Source: Candidatus Harrisonbacteria bacterium (lineage in GTDB: Bacteria; Patescibacteriota; Minisyncoccia; UBA6257; 1-14-0-10-44-23). Taken from it: a DNA stretch of 64,000 nt. This document shows positions 37,524-47,475 of this stretch, one piece after another. The notes beneath the pieces are model-generated. The model was not told the origin of the DNA. It saw only the letters and a list, made by a program, of their open reading frames with translations, and ran no database searches. A program made the position numbers and the translations under genes. The stretch is from assembly GCA_023255625.1 (NCBI GenBank), contig JAHFLF010000001.1:431771-495770 (forward strand), in the 5' to 3' direction. Numbering within the stretch: position 1 is the stretch's first letter; each line of letters starts with the position of its first letter.

Positions 37524-37647
37524 GTATCGGCCCCGCGGTTTTGCCGCAGACCGGCACCGGCTATCTTTTTCTGCTGAAAAAGCGCCTGCTCTCGGCCTCC
37601 TCGGCCTGCGAGAGTGCCGCCTAGCGGCAAAACCGCTGGGCCGATAC
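37524..37647 (+). repeat. variable-arm palindrome, family A, copy 3 (divergent core)
   Basis: 24-bp arms with one mismatch; core agaccggcac..tttttctgctgaaaaa..gtgccgccta. Confidence 0.8.
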
Positions 37648-37655
37648 TGATAGCG

Positions 37656-38306
37656 TTAGATATTCTGGCGGTGGTAGTCGCCAAGGTGTGCGTGGTCGTT
37701 GAGTGTCACGATGTGCCAGTTTTTTCCGTCATAGTCAGCGACCGTGATGCCGGTATTATGCATTGAGGTAGTATTAAAAAGATCGCGGAACAGTTTTGCT
37801 GGAACTTCGGGGCCATGGATGATAGTTGCAAAAAGTACGCGCAGGAAGTGTCCGTGGCTGATCACCGCAATATTGTTATATGTTTGGTTGAGCGTTACGG
37901 CGAAATTTAAAAATGCAACTGCTCGGGCACGGACATCAATAAAGCGTTCTTCTGTGGTGTCTCGGAATTCTGGATCTGATAATTCTTTTTCAATCAGGAG
38001 GTCTTTTACTTTTTGGATTTCGGGGTTGTCGCGGGATTTTCCGGTGAGCACCGAGCCCCATTTTTTTTCAACAAGTAGGGGATTGTGTGTGATAGGAATT
38101 TTTTTGACCGCAGAAATATACTCTGCAGTTTGTTGAGCGCGTATATAAGGGCTTGCGAGAATATAATCAACGGGGATTGATTCAAAACGATGGGCTAAAA
38201 ACTCCGCCTGTTTCTTCCCGAGCGCCGTCAGATTTTCTTCAGGGCCTTGGAAAATATGCGTAAGATTACCCTCTGATTGACCATGTCTGACTAAGTAGAG
38301 CTTCAT
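37656..38306 (-). CDS. histidine phosphatase (phosphoglycerate mutase family)
   Basis: LYLVRHGQS, SPYIRAQQTA, SHG, LNDHAHL. Confidence 0.9.
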   Translation of the reverse strand: MKLYLVRHGQSEGNLTHIFQGPEENLTALGKKQAEFLAHRFESIPVDYILASPYIRAQQTAEYISAVKKIPITHNPLLVEKKWGSVLTGKSRDNPEIQKVKDLLIEKELSDPEFRDTTEERFIDVRARAVAFLNFAVTLNQTYNNIAVISHGHFLRVLFATIIHGPEVPAKLFRDLFNTTSMHNTGITVADYDGKNWHIVTLNDHAHLGDYHRQNI

Positions 38307-38309
38307 ACG

Positions 38310-40079
38310 TTATCTGCTTGCCCGCAGCGCGTTAATGGTTACTCCGACATCAATGATTTCTTGTATAGTAGCAGCAAGTATCGGAGTAATAAAGCCCGCG
38401 GCAGCAAAACCCATGCCAATCAGTGAGAGGCCGATGCCAAAACCGATACTCTGGAGCGCAATCTTTGTAGTTTTACGGGAAATAGCCAGTGTTTCGGTAA
38501 CGAGTGCAAGATCATGCCCGAGAATAGCAACACTTGCCGCCTCAATCGAAGCGCTATTTTCTGTACCGGAAAAAACAATGCCGGCATCGGCCAGGGCCAG
38601 AGCTGGTGCATCGTTGAGTCCGTCGCCGATCATAATCACTCGTTCGCCCGCATCACGAGCAGTTTTGACAATGGCAAACTTTTTTTCCGGCGTGGCGCGG
38701 GCATGAATGGTCATACCGTGGCCACCGAACAGGCGGTCGGCATTTTCCTGCGAGTCGCCGGTGATAAGTGCGATTTTATAGTTTTTAGAAAGCTCGGCAA
38801 GAAAGCCGCTGGCGTTCTTCTTCATCTGATCTGCGAAGAAAAATAGGGCGATGGGTATCTCTTCCTGACGCATTTCCAGCAAAATGCCACCTTCATAAAC
38901 TTTGCTGCTTTTATTAATCGTATAGCTTTTTCCGTCAACTGTGCCGGTGATGCCCTGGCCGATTATTTCACTCACATTGGTTGCGATGAGTTCCGGCAAG
39001 CTGCGCCTTGCGCGCTCGGCCATCATGGCGCGGGCGAGTGGATGGAGCGAATGCATCTCAATCGCCGCAGCAATAACAATCGCATGCTCTTCATCAATAT
39101 TCTTATCGTGCAATGTTACTTTTTCAAGCAGTGGTTCGCCGAGCGTGAGGGTACCGGTTTTGTCCAGAAAAATCGTAGTTGCGCTGCTTAGAATTTCCAT
39201 CACCGAGGGTTTTTTGATGATGATTGTTTTCTTCGCAGCGTGGCTCATACCGGCCAGAAAGGCGATGGGTGCGGCGATCAGAAGTGGGCAGGGAGTTGCT
39301 ATGGCGAGCACAGCCAGGGTGCGACTTATATCGCCAGTAAAAAAATAGGTGCCGCCGGAAATAACCAGCGTGGCAATGGTAAAGGGCCAGTTAAATTTTT
39401 CGGCATAGCGCACAATGCGGGCCGGAAATTGGCGACTCTGTGCTACCAGGTCTACAATTTTTTGGTAGCTGGAGGTGGCAAAGCTGCCGGCCGTTTCCAG
39501 TTCAAAAGAGGGGCCGATATTAACCACGCCGCTTTTGATAAATTCATTTTGCGTATGTTCAACCGGCATGCTCTCACCGGTTAAATTCGCCTCATTGACT
39601 GTTGCAGTGGTTGATTTTAAAAATCCATCCAGCGCCACCAGTTCGTTTGTTTTTACAAAAATCGTTGTTTTTTCCGGGATCTCCTGAATGGCAACTTCTT
39701 GGTATCCGGTTGCGGTTTTAACCAGACAAAATTTTGGGATGCCTTCTACTAAAGTTTTTAGAGAGGCCTCTGCTCGTTCGGCGCCAAACTGCTCAAGTGC
39801 GCCGGAGAGGGTAATCATGAGCGCCACAACCGCACCGGCGATATAATATTCGGGAGAGACAAGTGAGGTTGCCATTGCCAGCATGGCAATATAGTCTAGC
39901 GACCATCTTGCTTCGCGTATTTTTTGGACTGACTCCCAGAGTAACTTGCCAAGGCCGATGGCGATTGCCGTTAGGAGCAGGACATTTTTAGATAGGATTG
40001 CGCCAAAGAGTGCGAGCAGAAGAATCACTATTGGGACACGGAATTCTTTTCGGCGGATTATTGTAAGTACGAATGACAT
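38310..40079 (-). CDS. heavy-metal-translocating P1B-type ATPase
   Basis: LTGES, ATPCPL, DKTGTLT, SLHPLA, GDGLNDAPAL. Confidence 0.93.
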   Translation of the reverse strand: MSFVLTIIRRKEFRVPIVILLLALFGAILSKNVLLLTAIAIGLGKLLWESVQKIREARWSLDYIAMLAMATSLVSPEYYIAGAVVALMITLSGALEQFGAERAEASLKTLVEGIPKFCLVKTATGYQEVAIQEIPEKTTIFVKTNELVALDGFLKSTTATVNEANLTGESMPVEHTQNEFIKSGVVNIGPSFELETAGSFATSSYQKIVDLVAQSRQFPARIVRYAEKFNWPFTIATLVISGGTYFFTGDISRTLAVLAIATPCPLLIAAPIAFLAGMSHAAKKTIIIKKPSVMEILSSATTIFLDKTGTLTLGEPLLEKVTLHDKNIDEEHAIVIAAAIEMHSLHPLARAMMAERARRSLPELIATNVSEIIGQGITGTVDGKSYTINKSSKVYEGGILLEMRQEEIPIALFFFADQMKKNASGFLAELSKNYKIALITGDSQENADRLFGGHGMTIHARATPEKKFAIVKTARDAGERVIMIGDGLNDAPALALADAGIVFSGTENSASIEAASVAILGHDLALVTETLAISRKTTKIALQSIGFGIGLSLIGMGFAAAGFITPILAATIQEIIDVGVTINALRASR

Positions 40080-40145
40080 TGATTCAGTATACTCTGTTGC
40101 GGCGTAAGAATGCACATTGTAAAAGTGTAGTATATACTAAAATAT

Positions 40146-41156
40146 ATGAAGAAAGCTGCCCTATGGCGGGCTACCGGTATTTTTGTGCTGGCGATTGGCG
40201 TCGGGTTTTTTACTGGTTACAAGATTCCGCGTGCCGGGACATTTGATGTTCAATCAAGCCAGACCCTTCGAGAACATGGCGGATATCAATATATTAGTAA
40301 GCTGCTGGCCTGCGATTTTCCGGTCAGCCAAGACACCCGTAAATATGGAGGATTGACTGATTCGGTAAACGATTTTATCGCAAAAGGAAAGGCAAATCAT
40401 GAATTGAGCCGAATGTCTGTTTACTTTCGAGACCTGACTGACGGTCGCTGGATTGGTGTCGGGGAGGATGATCAATATGACCCAGCCAGTCTCTTTAAAA
40501 TTCCGACACTAATTGCTTATTACAGGTTAGCAGCAACTGAACCGGATATTTTTTCCAGGCAGATTCAGTTTGTTTTTGCTGATGATAATTCAAAGACACA
40601 GAATATAAAACCGAGCGAGGTCTTACAAAACGGGGAGCGGTATACGGTTGATGATCTGCTGAACCGGATGATTATATATTCAGATAATGCCGCTACCAAT
40701 TTACTAATTAAAAATATTGATAAAGTTTATCTTGAAAATGTCTTTAGAGATCTGGAGTTAAGTTCGGCTGTTCTGACTGATGCCGGCGAATCAATGTCTG
40801 CAAAATCATTTTCACTCTTTTTCCGAGTTTTGTATAACGCTTCATACTTAAGTCGAGACCGTTCAGAGAAGGCACTTGCTCTTCTTGCCAAGACTGATTT
40901 CCAGGATGGATTTCAGGCCGGTATTCCGACCGGTGTCCCGATCGCACATAAGTTCGGGGAGAAGACATTTGTGAATCCGCAGGGTATACCGCTTTCCGCG
41001 CAACTACATGAATGCGGGATTGTATATGCGTCCGGGCACCCATATTTACTCTGCGTGATGACCGAAGGGCAGAGCTTGGATAAGCTGAAGACGGTGTTGC
41101 GGAATGTTTCATCTATGGTATATCAGACGGTCGTTGCGGCTGGTATCACAAAGTGA
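40146..41156 (+). CDS. serine hydrolase of class A beta-lactamase fold
   Basis: PASLFK (SxxK), SDN, HKFG. Confidence 0.85.
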   Translation: MKKAALWRATGIFVLAIGVGFFTGYKIPRAGTFDVQSSQTLREHGGYQYISKLLACDFPVSQDTRKYGGLTDSVNDFIAKGKANHELSRMSVYFRDLTDGRWIGVGEDDQYDPASLFKIPTLIAYYRLAATEPDIFSRQIQFVFADDNSKTQNIKPSEVLQNGERYTVDDLLNRMIIYSDNAATNLLIKNIDKVYLENVFRDLELSSAVLTDAGESMSAKSFSLFFRVLYNASYLSRDRSEKALALLAKTDFQDGFQAGIPTGVPIAHKFGEKTFVNPQGIPLSAQLHECGIVYASGHPYLLCVMTEGQSLDKLKTVLRNVSSMVYQTVVAAGITK

Positions 41157-41207
41157 TCCTGTGCAGGCATTTTAGAAGCTGCAGTAAAGTGGTAGTATAA
41201 TATTCAT

Positions 41208-41576
41208 ATGCGCCCGTTTACTGTCGTTCGGCCGTGGGGCAGTTTTCGCCGTTTTGATCCGGGCCAGATTGTGGCGGTTAAAATTATGCGGATTAATCCA
41301 AATGCACGGGTTAGTTTGCAGTATCATAATCATCGGAGTGAGTTTTGGTACATTATAAGTGGCCGGCCGAAGATTACAATTGGGAAAAAGACAGTAACGG
41401 CCAGGGCCGGACAGGAATTTAAGATTGGTAAAAAAGTTATGCATCGGGTTGCGGCCGGGAAACAGGAGGCGGTTTTTTTGGAGATTTGGTTTGGCCGGGC
41501 CGACGAGACTGACATTGTCAGGATTCAAGATGTATATGGTCGAGCAGGGACGCGGCCAACGAGTAATAAAAAGTGA
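41208..41576 (+). CDS. mannose-6-phosphate isomerase type II C-terminal cupin
   Basis: RPWG, SLQYHNHRSEFW, HR, EI..G, E.DIVRIQD.YGR. Confidence 0.88.
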   Translation: MRPFTVVRPWGSFRRFDPGQIVAVKIMRINPNARVSLQYHNHRSEFWYIISGRPKITIGKKTVTARAGQEFKIGKKVMHRVAAGKQEAVFLEIWFGRADETDIVRIQDVYGRAGTRPTSNKK

Positions 41577-42730
41577 AGAATATGGTGCAGCGAGTAAAAA
41601 AACGAGTAAAAAAAATAGCGAATAAGCCGATTAGGAAATTTTTGGTGCGCCAGCGCGTATCATCAAAAACCAGCGTCAAGAAAAAAGTTCGTTCAAAGGT
41701 TAAGAAAGTTGTACCCAAGCAAAAGAAGAAAGCGCTTTTGTTGGCGAGGCATCAGGAAAATCCGGTTATTCAGCCGGGCGGACATGCTTGGGAGGCGCGG
41801 GCAACATTTAACCCGGCCGCCGTTAGTCATCAGGAAAAAGTACATGTTTTGTATCGGGCGATTGGCGACGATGATCGCTCCGTTCTTGGTTATGCTTCAA
41901 GTGAAGACGGCTATAAGTTAAGCGGGCGCTACCACCACCCCGCTTACGATTATTTTCCTGGTCGGTCGGCTCCGGGTACACCAAAACTGCATTACTCCTC
42001 CGGAGGCGGAACAAGCGGCGGCTGCGAGGATCCTAGAATGACGATTCTCGATGATCGCGTGTATTTAATTTATACGGCTTTTGACGGCTGGGGATCGCTT
42101 CGGCTCGCGCTAACTTCTATTAGTTTAGCTGATTTTACTGCGCAGCGCTGGAGCTGGAAAGAGCCGGTGCTGATTTCTCCGCCCGGGCAGATCAATAAAA
42201 ATTGGGCACTTTTTCCGGAGAAAATTAATGGGCAGTATGCGCTGCTTCATAGTATTTCGCCAGCGGTGCAGATTGCCTATTTCAAAAGTTTAGACGAGTT
42301 AGACGGGGCGCATTTTGTGCAGAGCGTTTATCAAAGCGGCGGCGCTCGCAAGGGCGACTGGGACAGCTGGGTGCGCGGCATCGGGCCGCCACCCCTCAAA
42401 ACAGATTATGGCTGGCTGGTTCTTTATCATGCGATGGATTTTCGCGATCCGAATCGCTATAAGCTGGGCGCGATGATTCTGGACTTAAAAAACCCGACTA
42501 AGATTTTATATCGCGCGCAGCAACCGATTCTGGAGCCAGATGAGCATTATGAAAATCAGGGGTTTAAGTCCGGCGTAGTTTACTCCTGCGGCGCGGTTAT
42601 CAAGAACGGAGAACTCATCGTTTACTACGGCGGCGCCGACACCGTCGCCTGCATCGGCTCCGTCAACCTGAATAGTTTTTTAAAAGAGCTCGTTGCGAGC
42701 GGGCGGCCAAGGTTAATAAGTCGGTCGTAG
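41573..42730 (+). CDS. GH130-like glycosidase/phosphorylase with Lys/Arg-rich N-terminus
   Basis: FNPAAV, LYRA, GCEDPR, KNWALFPEKING, GVVYSCG, YYGGAD. Confidence 0.88.
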   Translation: MKNMVQRVKKRVKKIANKPIRKFLVRQRVSSKTSVKKKVRSKVKKVVPKQKKKALLLARHQENPVIQPGGHAWEARATFNPAAVSHQEKVHVLYRAIGDDDRSVLGYASSEDGYKLSGRYHHPAYDYFPGRSAPGTPKLHYSSGGGTSGGCEDPRMTILDDRVYLIYTAFDGWGSLRLALTSISLADFTAQRWSWKEPVLISPPGQINKNWALFPEKINGQYALLHSISPAVQIAYFKSLDELDGAHFVQSVYQSGGARKGDWDSWVRGIGPPPLKTDYGWLVLYHAMDFRDPNRYKLGAMILDLKNPTKILYRAQQPILEPDEHYENQGFKSGVVYSCGAVIKNGELIVYYGGADTVACIGSVNLNSFLKELVASGRPRLISRS

Positions 42731-42744
42731 AAATCCTGAATTAT

Positions 42745-44676
42745 ATGCCACTAACATTCGAGCGCTCCGAAGAAAATCCAATTTTGGTGCCGCGTTTTGA
42801 TGAGGAGTGGGAGCAGCAAGGCGCTTTTAACGGCTGCGCCGTAGATGATGGCGGGACGATTCATTTTGTGTACCGCGCACAAAGTGCGCAACAGGATTTT
42901 CATGGCGCCCAAATCAGCGTCTCTACTATAGGTTATGCCAGGAGCGAAGATGGTATTCATTTTACTGATCGCCGGCAGCTTATTGTTCCGAGCGAGCCAT
43001 GGGATCGTTTTGGCTGCGAGGATCCGCGGGTTACTAAGATCGGCGATACATATTATATTTTTTATACCGCCCTTTCCGAATATCCGTTTCGGGCCGAAGG
43101 AATCAAAGTTGCAGTTGCGATTACGAAAGATTTCAAAAAGATCATCGCCAAACATTTAGTAACGGCTTTTAATGCAAAGGCGATGGCTCTTTTTCCGGAC
43201 AAAGTCAGCGGTAAATATGCCGCGATTTTGACGGTGCATACGGATATGCCGCCGGCCAACATCGCCCTTGCGTGTTTTGAGAAGATTACCGACATCTGGT
43301 CGCCTGATTATTGGAGCGCTTGGTATGCACAGATGCCGGCGCACCTGATCACGCTTGGCAGGGGTTTGTCTGATCACATAGAGGTTGGTGCGCCGCCAGT
43401 TAAAACAAAAAATGGTTGGCTGATCTTCTTTTCCTATATCGAGAATTATTTTCACCCGCCGGCCAATTTTGGCGTCCAGGCGGCTCTTTTGGATTTGCGC
43501 AATCCTCAAAAAATAATCAGCCGAATAAAGAGTTCTTTGATCTCGCCGAAAGAGGAGTATGAACGATATGGTTTTGTGCCCAATATTACCTTTCCCTCCG
43601 GCGCAATCGTGCGTAAGCGACAGGTGTGGCTTTACTACGGTGCCGCAGATACCTGTTGTGCCATGGCCAGGTTGCCGCTCCAGAGAATTTTGGATGAGCT
43701 GCTTGCGCCGCCGCAGCGCGTTGCAGCTCTCATTCGTTCAGCAGAGAATCCAATTATGAGGCCGGTCCCAGGTCACGAGTGGGAGTCGAAAGCAGTTTTT
43801 AATCCGGCGGCAATTTATTTAGATGGTAAGGTGCATATTGTTTATCGGGCGATGTCATCAGATAACACCTCGGTTTTTGGCTATGCGGTTAGCAATGATG
43901 GATTTACTATCAGCGAGCGATTGCCAGAACCGATTTATGTTCCGCGCGAATCCTACGAGCAGAAACTTGTACCCGGCGGTAACTCCGGCTGCGAGGATCC
44001 GCGATTAACTCAAATCGGGCAGACTATATACATGTGCTATGTTGCCTTTGATGGCAGGAATCCGCCGCGGGTGGCACTAACCTCTATTTCTGTTTCTGAT
44101 TTTCTGAATCGCAAGTGGAATTGGGCACATCCCAAATTAATTTCAGAGTCCGGCCGCGACGACAAAGATACTGCGCTTTTCCCGCGTCTGCTTGGCGGTA
44201 AATATGCTTTTCTGCACCGGCTTGGTGAGAGTATCTGGCTTGATAAAGTCGATTCACTTGAGAGGGATTGGCAGCAGCAGCCGCTTGGCGGTTCGGTGAT
44301 TATGAATCCAAGGGCGACAGTTCACGATAGCCGAAAAATTGGTATTGCTGGGCCGCCGATTGAGACTCCGGCTGGCTGGCTGCTTATTTATCACGGTGTT
44401 TCGCGCAGAGAAGATCATCATTACCATTTGCGCGCCGCGCTGCTCGATAAAAATAATCCGACCAAAATTTTAGCCCGGACAAAAGATGAAATTTTAGATA
44501 CCGAGACCCCATACGAGCGATACGGAATTGTTCCAAATGTTGTTTTCTCCTGCGGACAGGTTGTGCTCGGAGACCAGCTAATTGTTTATTACGGCGCGGC
44601 CGACACAGTGATTGGCGTTGCTTCAATGCCGCTTAACGAACTAATGATGAAGTTGAGGAGTGAAAAGGAAAGATAG
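42745..44676 (+). CDS. protein with two tandem GH130-like domains
   Basis: two copies of FN../YRA/GCEDPR/YYGAAD. Confidence 0.88.
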   Translation: MPLTFERSEENPILVPRFDEEWEQQGAFNGCAVDDGGTIHFVYRAQSAQQDFHGAQISVSTIGYARSEDGIHFTDRRQLIVPSEPWDRFGCEDPRVTKIGDTYYIFYTALSEYPFRAEGIKVAVAITKDFKKIIAKHLVTAFNAKAMALFPDKVSGKYAAILTVHTDMPPANIALACFEKITDIWSPDYWSAWYAQMPAHLITLGRGLSDHIEVGAPPVKTKNGWLIFFSYIENYFHPPANFGVQAALLDLRNPQKIISRIKSSLISPKEEYERYGFVPNITFPSGAIVRKRQVWLYYGAADTCCAMARLPLQRILDELLAPPQRVAALIRSAENPIMRPVPGHEWESKAVFNPAAIYLDGKVHIVYRAMSSDNTSVFGYAVSNDGFTISERLPEPIYVPRESYEQKLVPGGNSGCEDPRLTQIGQTIYMCYVAFDGRNPPRVALTSISVSDFLNRKWNWAHPKLISESGRDDKDTALFPRLLGGKYAFLHRLGESIWLDKVDSLERDWQQQPLGGSVIMNPRATVHDSRKIGIAGPPIETPAGWLLIYHGVSRREDHHYHLRAALLDKNNPTKILARTKDEILDTETPYERYGIVPNVVFSCGQVVLGDQLIVYYGAADTVIGVASMPLNELMMKLRSEKER

Positions 44677-44693
44677 CGATCACTGTGCGCAGT

Positions 44694-44818
44694 ATTTTTT
44701 ACCTGCAGTTTGCCGTCAGACGGCACCGGGGTTATTTTTCTGCTGAAAAATCCCCCTACATCTCCCGCCGTCGCGGTCCGATAGTTGCCGCGTAGACGGC
44801 AAACTGCAGGTAAAAAAT
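44694..44818 (+). repeat. variable-arm palindrome, family A, copy 4
   Basis: 24-bp perfect arms attttttacctgcagtttgccgtc; core agacggcacc..tttttctgctgaaaaat..ttgccgcgta. Confidence 0.85.
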
Positions 44819-45201
44819 TAACGGCTCGCATCAAATAGTTTAAGCAGATAAGGAAGAAGCATTTCAATCCAGACCATAATTGCGAGTAAGCCGGTCAAAA
44901 GTACTGCCCCGGCAGAAAGCTCTTTGACCCTGGCCACGCCGGGATGATGCTCTTTGATTAATGCATCCGCTAGTTCCTCGATCGCAGTATTTAAAAGTTC
45001 TGCTGCGAGGGTCAGTATGACCAGGATGATAAATATTCCTTGTTCAGGATAGGAGGCCTGGGCGAAATTTAGTAATGCAGCGGCAACGATGCCGCCGATA
45101 AACAACAGCCGGAAACTGCGCCCGCGTAGAGCGTGGCGCCAGCCCTTTATGGCGCTCGCAATACTGGCAAGGGTGGATTGTTGACCATTTACAGGATGCA
45201 T
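44818..45201 (-). CDS. dgkA: diacylglycerol/undecaprenol kinase
   Basis: AELLNTAIEELAD, KELSAGAVL. Confidence 0.85.
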   Translation of the reverse strand: MHPVNGQQSTLASIASAIKGWRHALRGRSFRLLFIGGIVAAALLNFAQASYPEQGIFIILVILTLAAELLNTAIEELADALIKEHHPGVARVKELSAGAVLLTGLLAIMVWIEMLLPYLLKLFDASR

Positions 45202-45280
45202 ATGCTATAATTATAGTTGATATGGCCGATAGGGTCGAGCGGCGATTATAAACTATCTAAAGAATTTTCTTCATATTATT

Positions 45281-45547
45281 ATGGATGGAAAAAAGTGTGT
45301 TTGTACTCCAGCGATGATTGGTAAGGTTTTGGTCATTATTGGTGCGGTTAACTGGGGCTTGGTTGGTCTGGGCGGTTTGTTCAGCGGTGACTGGAATGTA
45401 GTCAAGATGATTCTTGGCGGCTGGCCGGTCGTTGAGAACATTGTTTATCTCTTGGTGGGTATTGCCGGCGTTATGATGATTTTTGGTTGCAGGTGCAAGG
45501 CCTGCACCTCTTGCCAGCCACCGGCTGCAGGCGGACAGGCGATGTAA
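45281..45547 (+). CDS. DUF378 family membrane protein
   Basis: LVIIGAVNWGLVG, IVYLLVGIAG. Confidence 0.85.
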   Translation: MDGKKCVCTPAMIGKVLVIIGAVNWGLVGLGGLFSGDWNVVKMILGGWPVVENIVYLLVGIAGVMMIFGCRCKACTSCQPPAAGGQAM

Positions 45548-45623
45548 GCTGCAAAAGATTTTTATTTTTTCAAAAGCGCCTGTGAGGGGCGCTTTTGATT
45601 TTATTGTTCGTGCATGATAAAAT

Positions 45624-46184
45624 ATGCATATGAAAAAATCTACCTGGATCATTTTGGGCATCATTGCCATTATCCTTATTTGGGGAGTTACCAGCTACAA
45701 TAATTTTGTCGGTTTAAACACCGCGACCGACAATCAGTGGGCACAGGTTGAGACTCAATATCAGCGGCGTTTTGATCTGATTCCAAATCTCGTCGCTTCA
45801 ACCCAGGGAGTTTTAAAACAAGAACAAAAGGTGTTTGGCGATCTGGCGGCGGCACGGAGTAAATATGCTGGGGCGGCTACAGTTGGCGAGAAGGTGTCGG
45901 CGGCCAATGAGGTTGAGGGCGCACTTGGACGGCTGCTAGTGATTGTTGAAAACTATCCGCAGCTTAAGTCGGCAGAAACTGTGCAGACGCTGATGGCGCA
46001 GCTTGAAGGCACAGAGAATCGGATCAGTGTGGAGCGGAAACGGTTCAACGACGATGTCGCCGCTCTCAATGCTGCGACAAAACGGTTCCCGTCGTCGATT
46101 ATCGCCGGTATTTTCGGATTTAGCGGGCGCGAGTATTTTCAGTCAGCTGGCGGTAGCGAGGTGGCACCGAAAGTTGAGCTATAA
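45624..46184 (+). CDS. lemA: LemA family protein
   Basis: QYQRRFDLIPNLV, ENYPQLKS, LEGTENRISVER. Confidence 0.93.
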   Translation: MHMKKSTWIILGIIAIILIWGVTSYNNFVGLNTATDNQWAQVETQYQRRFDLIPNLVASTQGVLKQEQKVFGDLAAARSKYAGAATVGEKVSAANEVEGALGRLLVIVENYPQLKSAETVQTLMAQLEGTENRISVERKRFNDDVAALNAATKRFPSSIIAGIFGFSGREYFQSAGGSEVAPKVEL

Positions 46185-46187
46185 AGT

Positions 46188-47060
46188 ATGCGCAAGCTGA
46201 TTGTATTTTTTGCCGCAGTTTGTCTGCTGCCTCCCTTGGCTTTGGCATATATTTCGCCCGGGCAGCCGGCCGGTTTTGTGAATGATTTTGCCGGCGTTCT
46301 TTCGGTAGAACAGAAACTGATGCTTGAGCAAAAGTTATCTAACTTTGAGAAGCAGTCTGGGAGCGAGCTGACAGTTGCTACAGTTCCTTCTCTCGGCGAA
46401 GAAACAGTGGAGGAGTATGCAGTTTCGCTTTTTAAGGAATGGGGGATTGGTAAAAAATCCGCAGACAATGGCGTTTTGCTTTTAGTTGCGCCCAGCGATC
46501 GGCAGATGCGAATTGAGGTCGGTTATGGTTTAGAGGGCGTACTGACTGATGCGCAGGCGGCTCAAATTATCGCGCTCATGCGCCCGGCATTTGCTGCAGG
46601 AGATTTTGCCGGCGGAATAACTTCCGGCGTTGAGGCGATCACCGCCGTTATTTCCGGTGAGCCGCTGCCGGATGTGCCAGCTGCTGGTTTTCGGCTATCT
46701 TCCGACGCTTTCTTATTTATCTTATTTATCGCTGTTTTTATTTTCCGAATCTTTTTTATTATATTTGCGCGCACCAAGTCCTGGTGGCTTGGCGGGGTCA
46801 TCGGTGTAGTTGTGGCCGGTATTGCCGGGTTAGTTTTTAGTTCTCTATTTTACTTAATTTTTGGAATTTTAATTTTAGTACCGCTCGGTCTGCTGTTTGA
46901 TTATCTGGTCAGTCGTACGGCCGGTAAGGTAATACACAAGGATTATCATATTTGGTGGGGTGGGCCGTTTGGCGGAGGTCACGGTGGCGGCTCTGGAGGG
47001 GGATTTGGCGGTTTTGGCGGCGGTAGTTCTGGCGGTGGCGGGGCGAGCGGAGGGTTTTAA
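46188..47060 (+). CDS. TPM domain protein
   Basis: VNDFAGVL, WGIG..DNGVLLLVA, IEVGYGLEG, Gly-rich tail. Confidence 0.9.
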   Translation: MRKLIVFFAAVCLLPPLALAYISPGQPAGFVNDFAGVLSVEQKLMLEQKLSNFEKQSGSELTVATVPSLGEETVEEYAVSLFKEWGIGKKSADNGVLLLVAPSDRQMRIEVGYGLEGVLTDAQAAQIIALMRPAFAAGDFAGGITSGVEAITAVISGEPLPDVPAAGFRLSSDAFLFILFIAVFIFRIFFIIFARTKSWWLGGVIGVVVAGIAGLVFSSLFYLIFGILILVPLGLLFDYLVSRTAGKVIHKDYHIWWGGPFGGGHGGGSGGGFGGFGGGSSGGGGASGGF

Positions 47061-47104
47061 AAGTTATACACTTCCCTAATTGCGTTGTCTTTCCCTATAC
47101 TAGG

Positions 47105-47405
47105 GGAGTAAGGGTGCGCTGTGCGCCCGGGTCCAGCACGGAGGTGCAAGATGACATGCATGTCTCAAGCTTCCCGCGGCATGAGCCGCGGTATCACGAA
47201 GGAGGTGGTCATCTAGACACCTCCGCTCTGGGGCTAACCACCCTGGGGCGCCGACGGTCGATCATCTACCTCCCGTCGGCAAACATCGGCGCGCATTATC
47301 TGGCGCCGACAAAGCGAAACATATTCAAGTTGTACCGAGGGCTACCGTCATTCCCTCGGCCGCCGAAGGCGCTGCGTCCAGGGTAACGCAGCGCCACTTC
47401 TTTTT
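47105..47405 (+). ncRNA. candidate structured ncRNA (chain of hairpins ending in a terminator)
   Basis: five or more consecutive GC-rich stems; final ggcgctgcg..cgcagcgcc followed by a T-run; TATACT just upstream. Confidence 0.4.
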
Positions 47406-47475
47406 AATAGTAGACAAAAAGCGCCCTCGGTGCTTAGATGAAAGAGAGGTTATTTTACGATATTGCTCAATCATC

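Noticed and set aside
40146-41156. Bona fide class A beta-lactamase resistance gene
   Set aside because: SxxK and SDN are present, but KTG is replaced by KFG and no clear omega-loop ExxLN is seen. It is more likely a PBP-like serine hydrolase.
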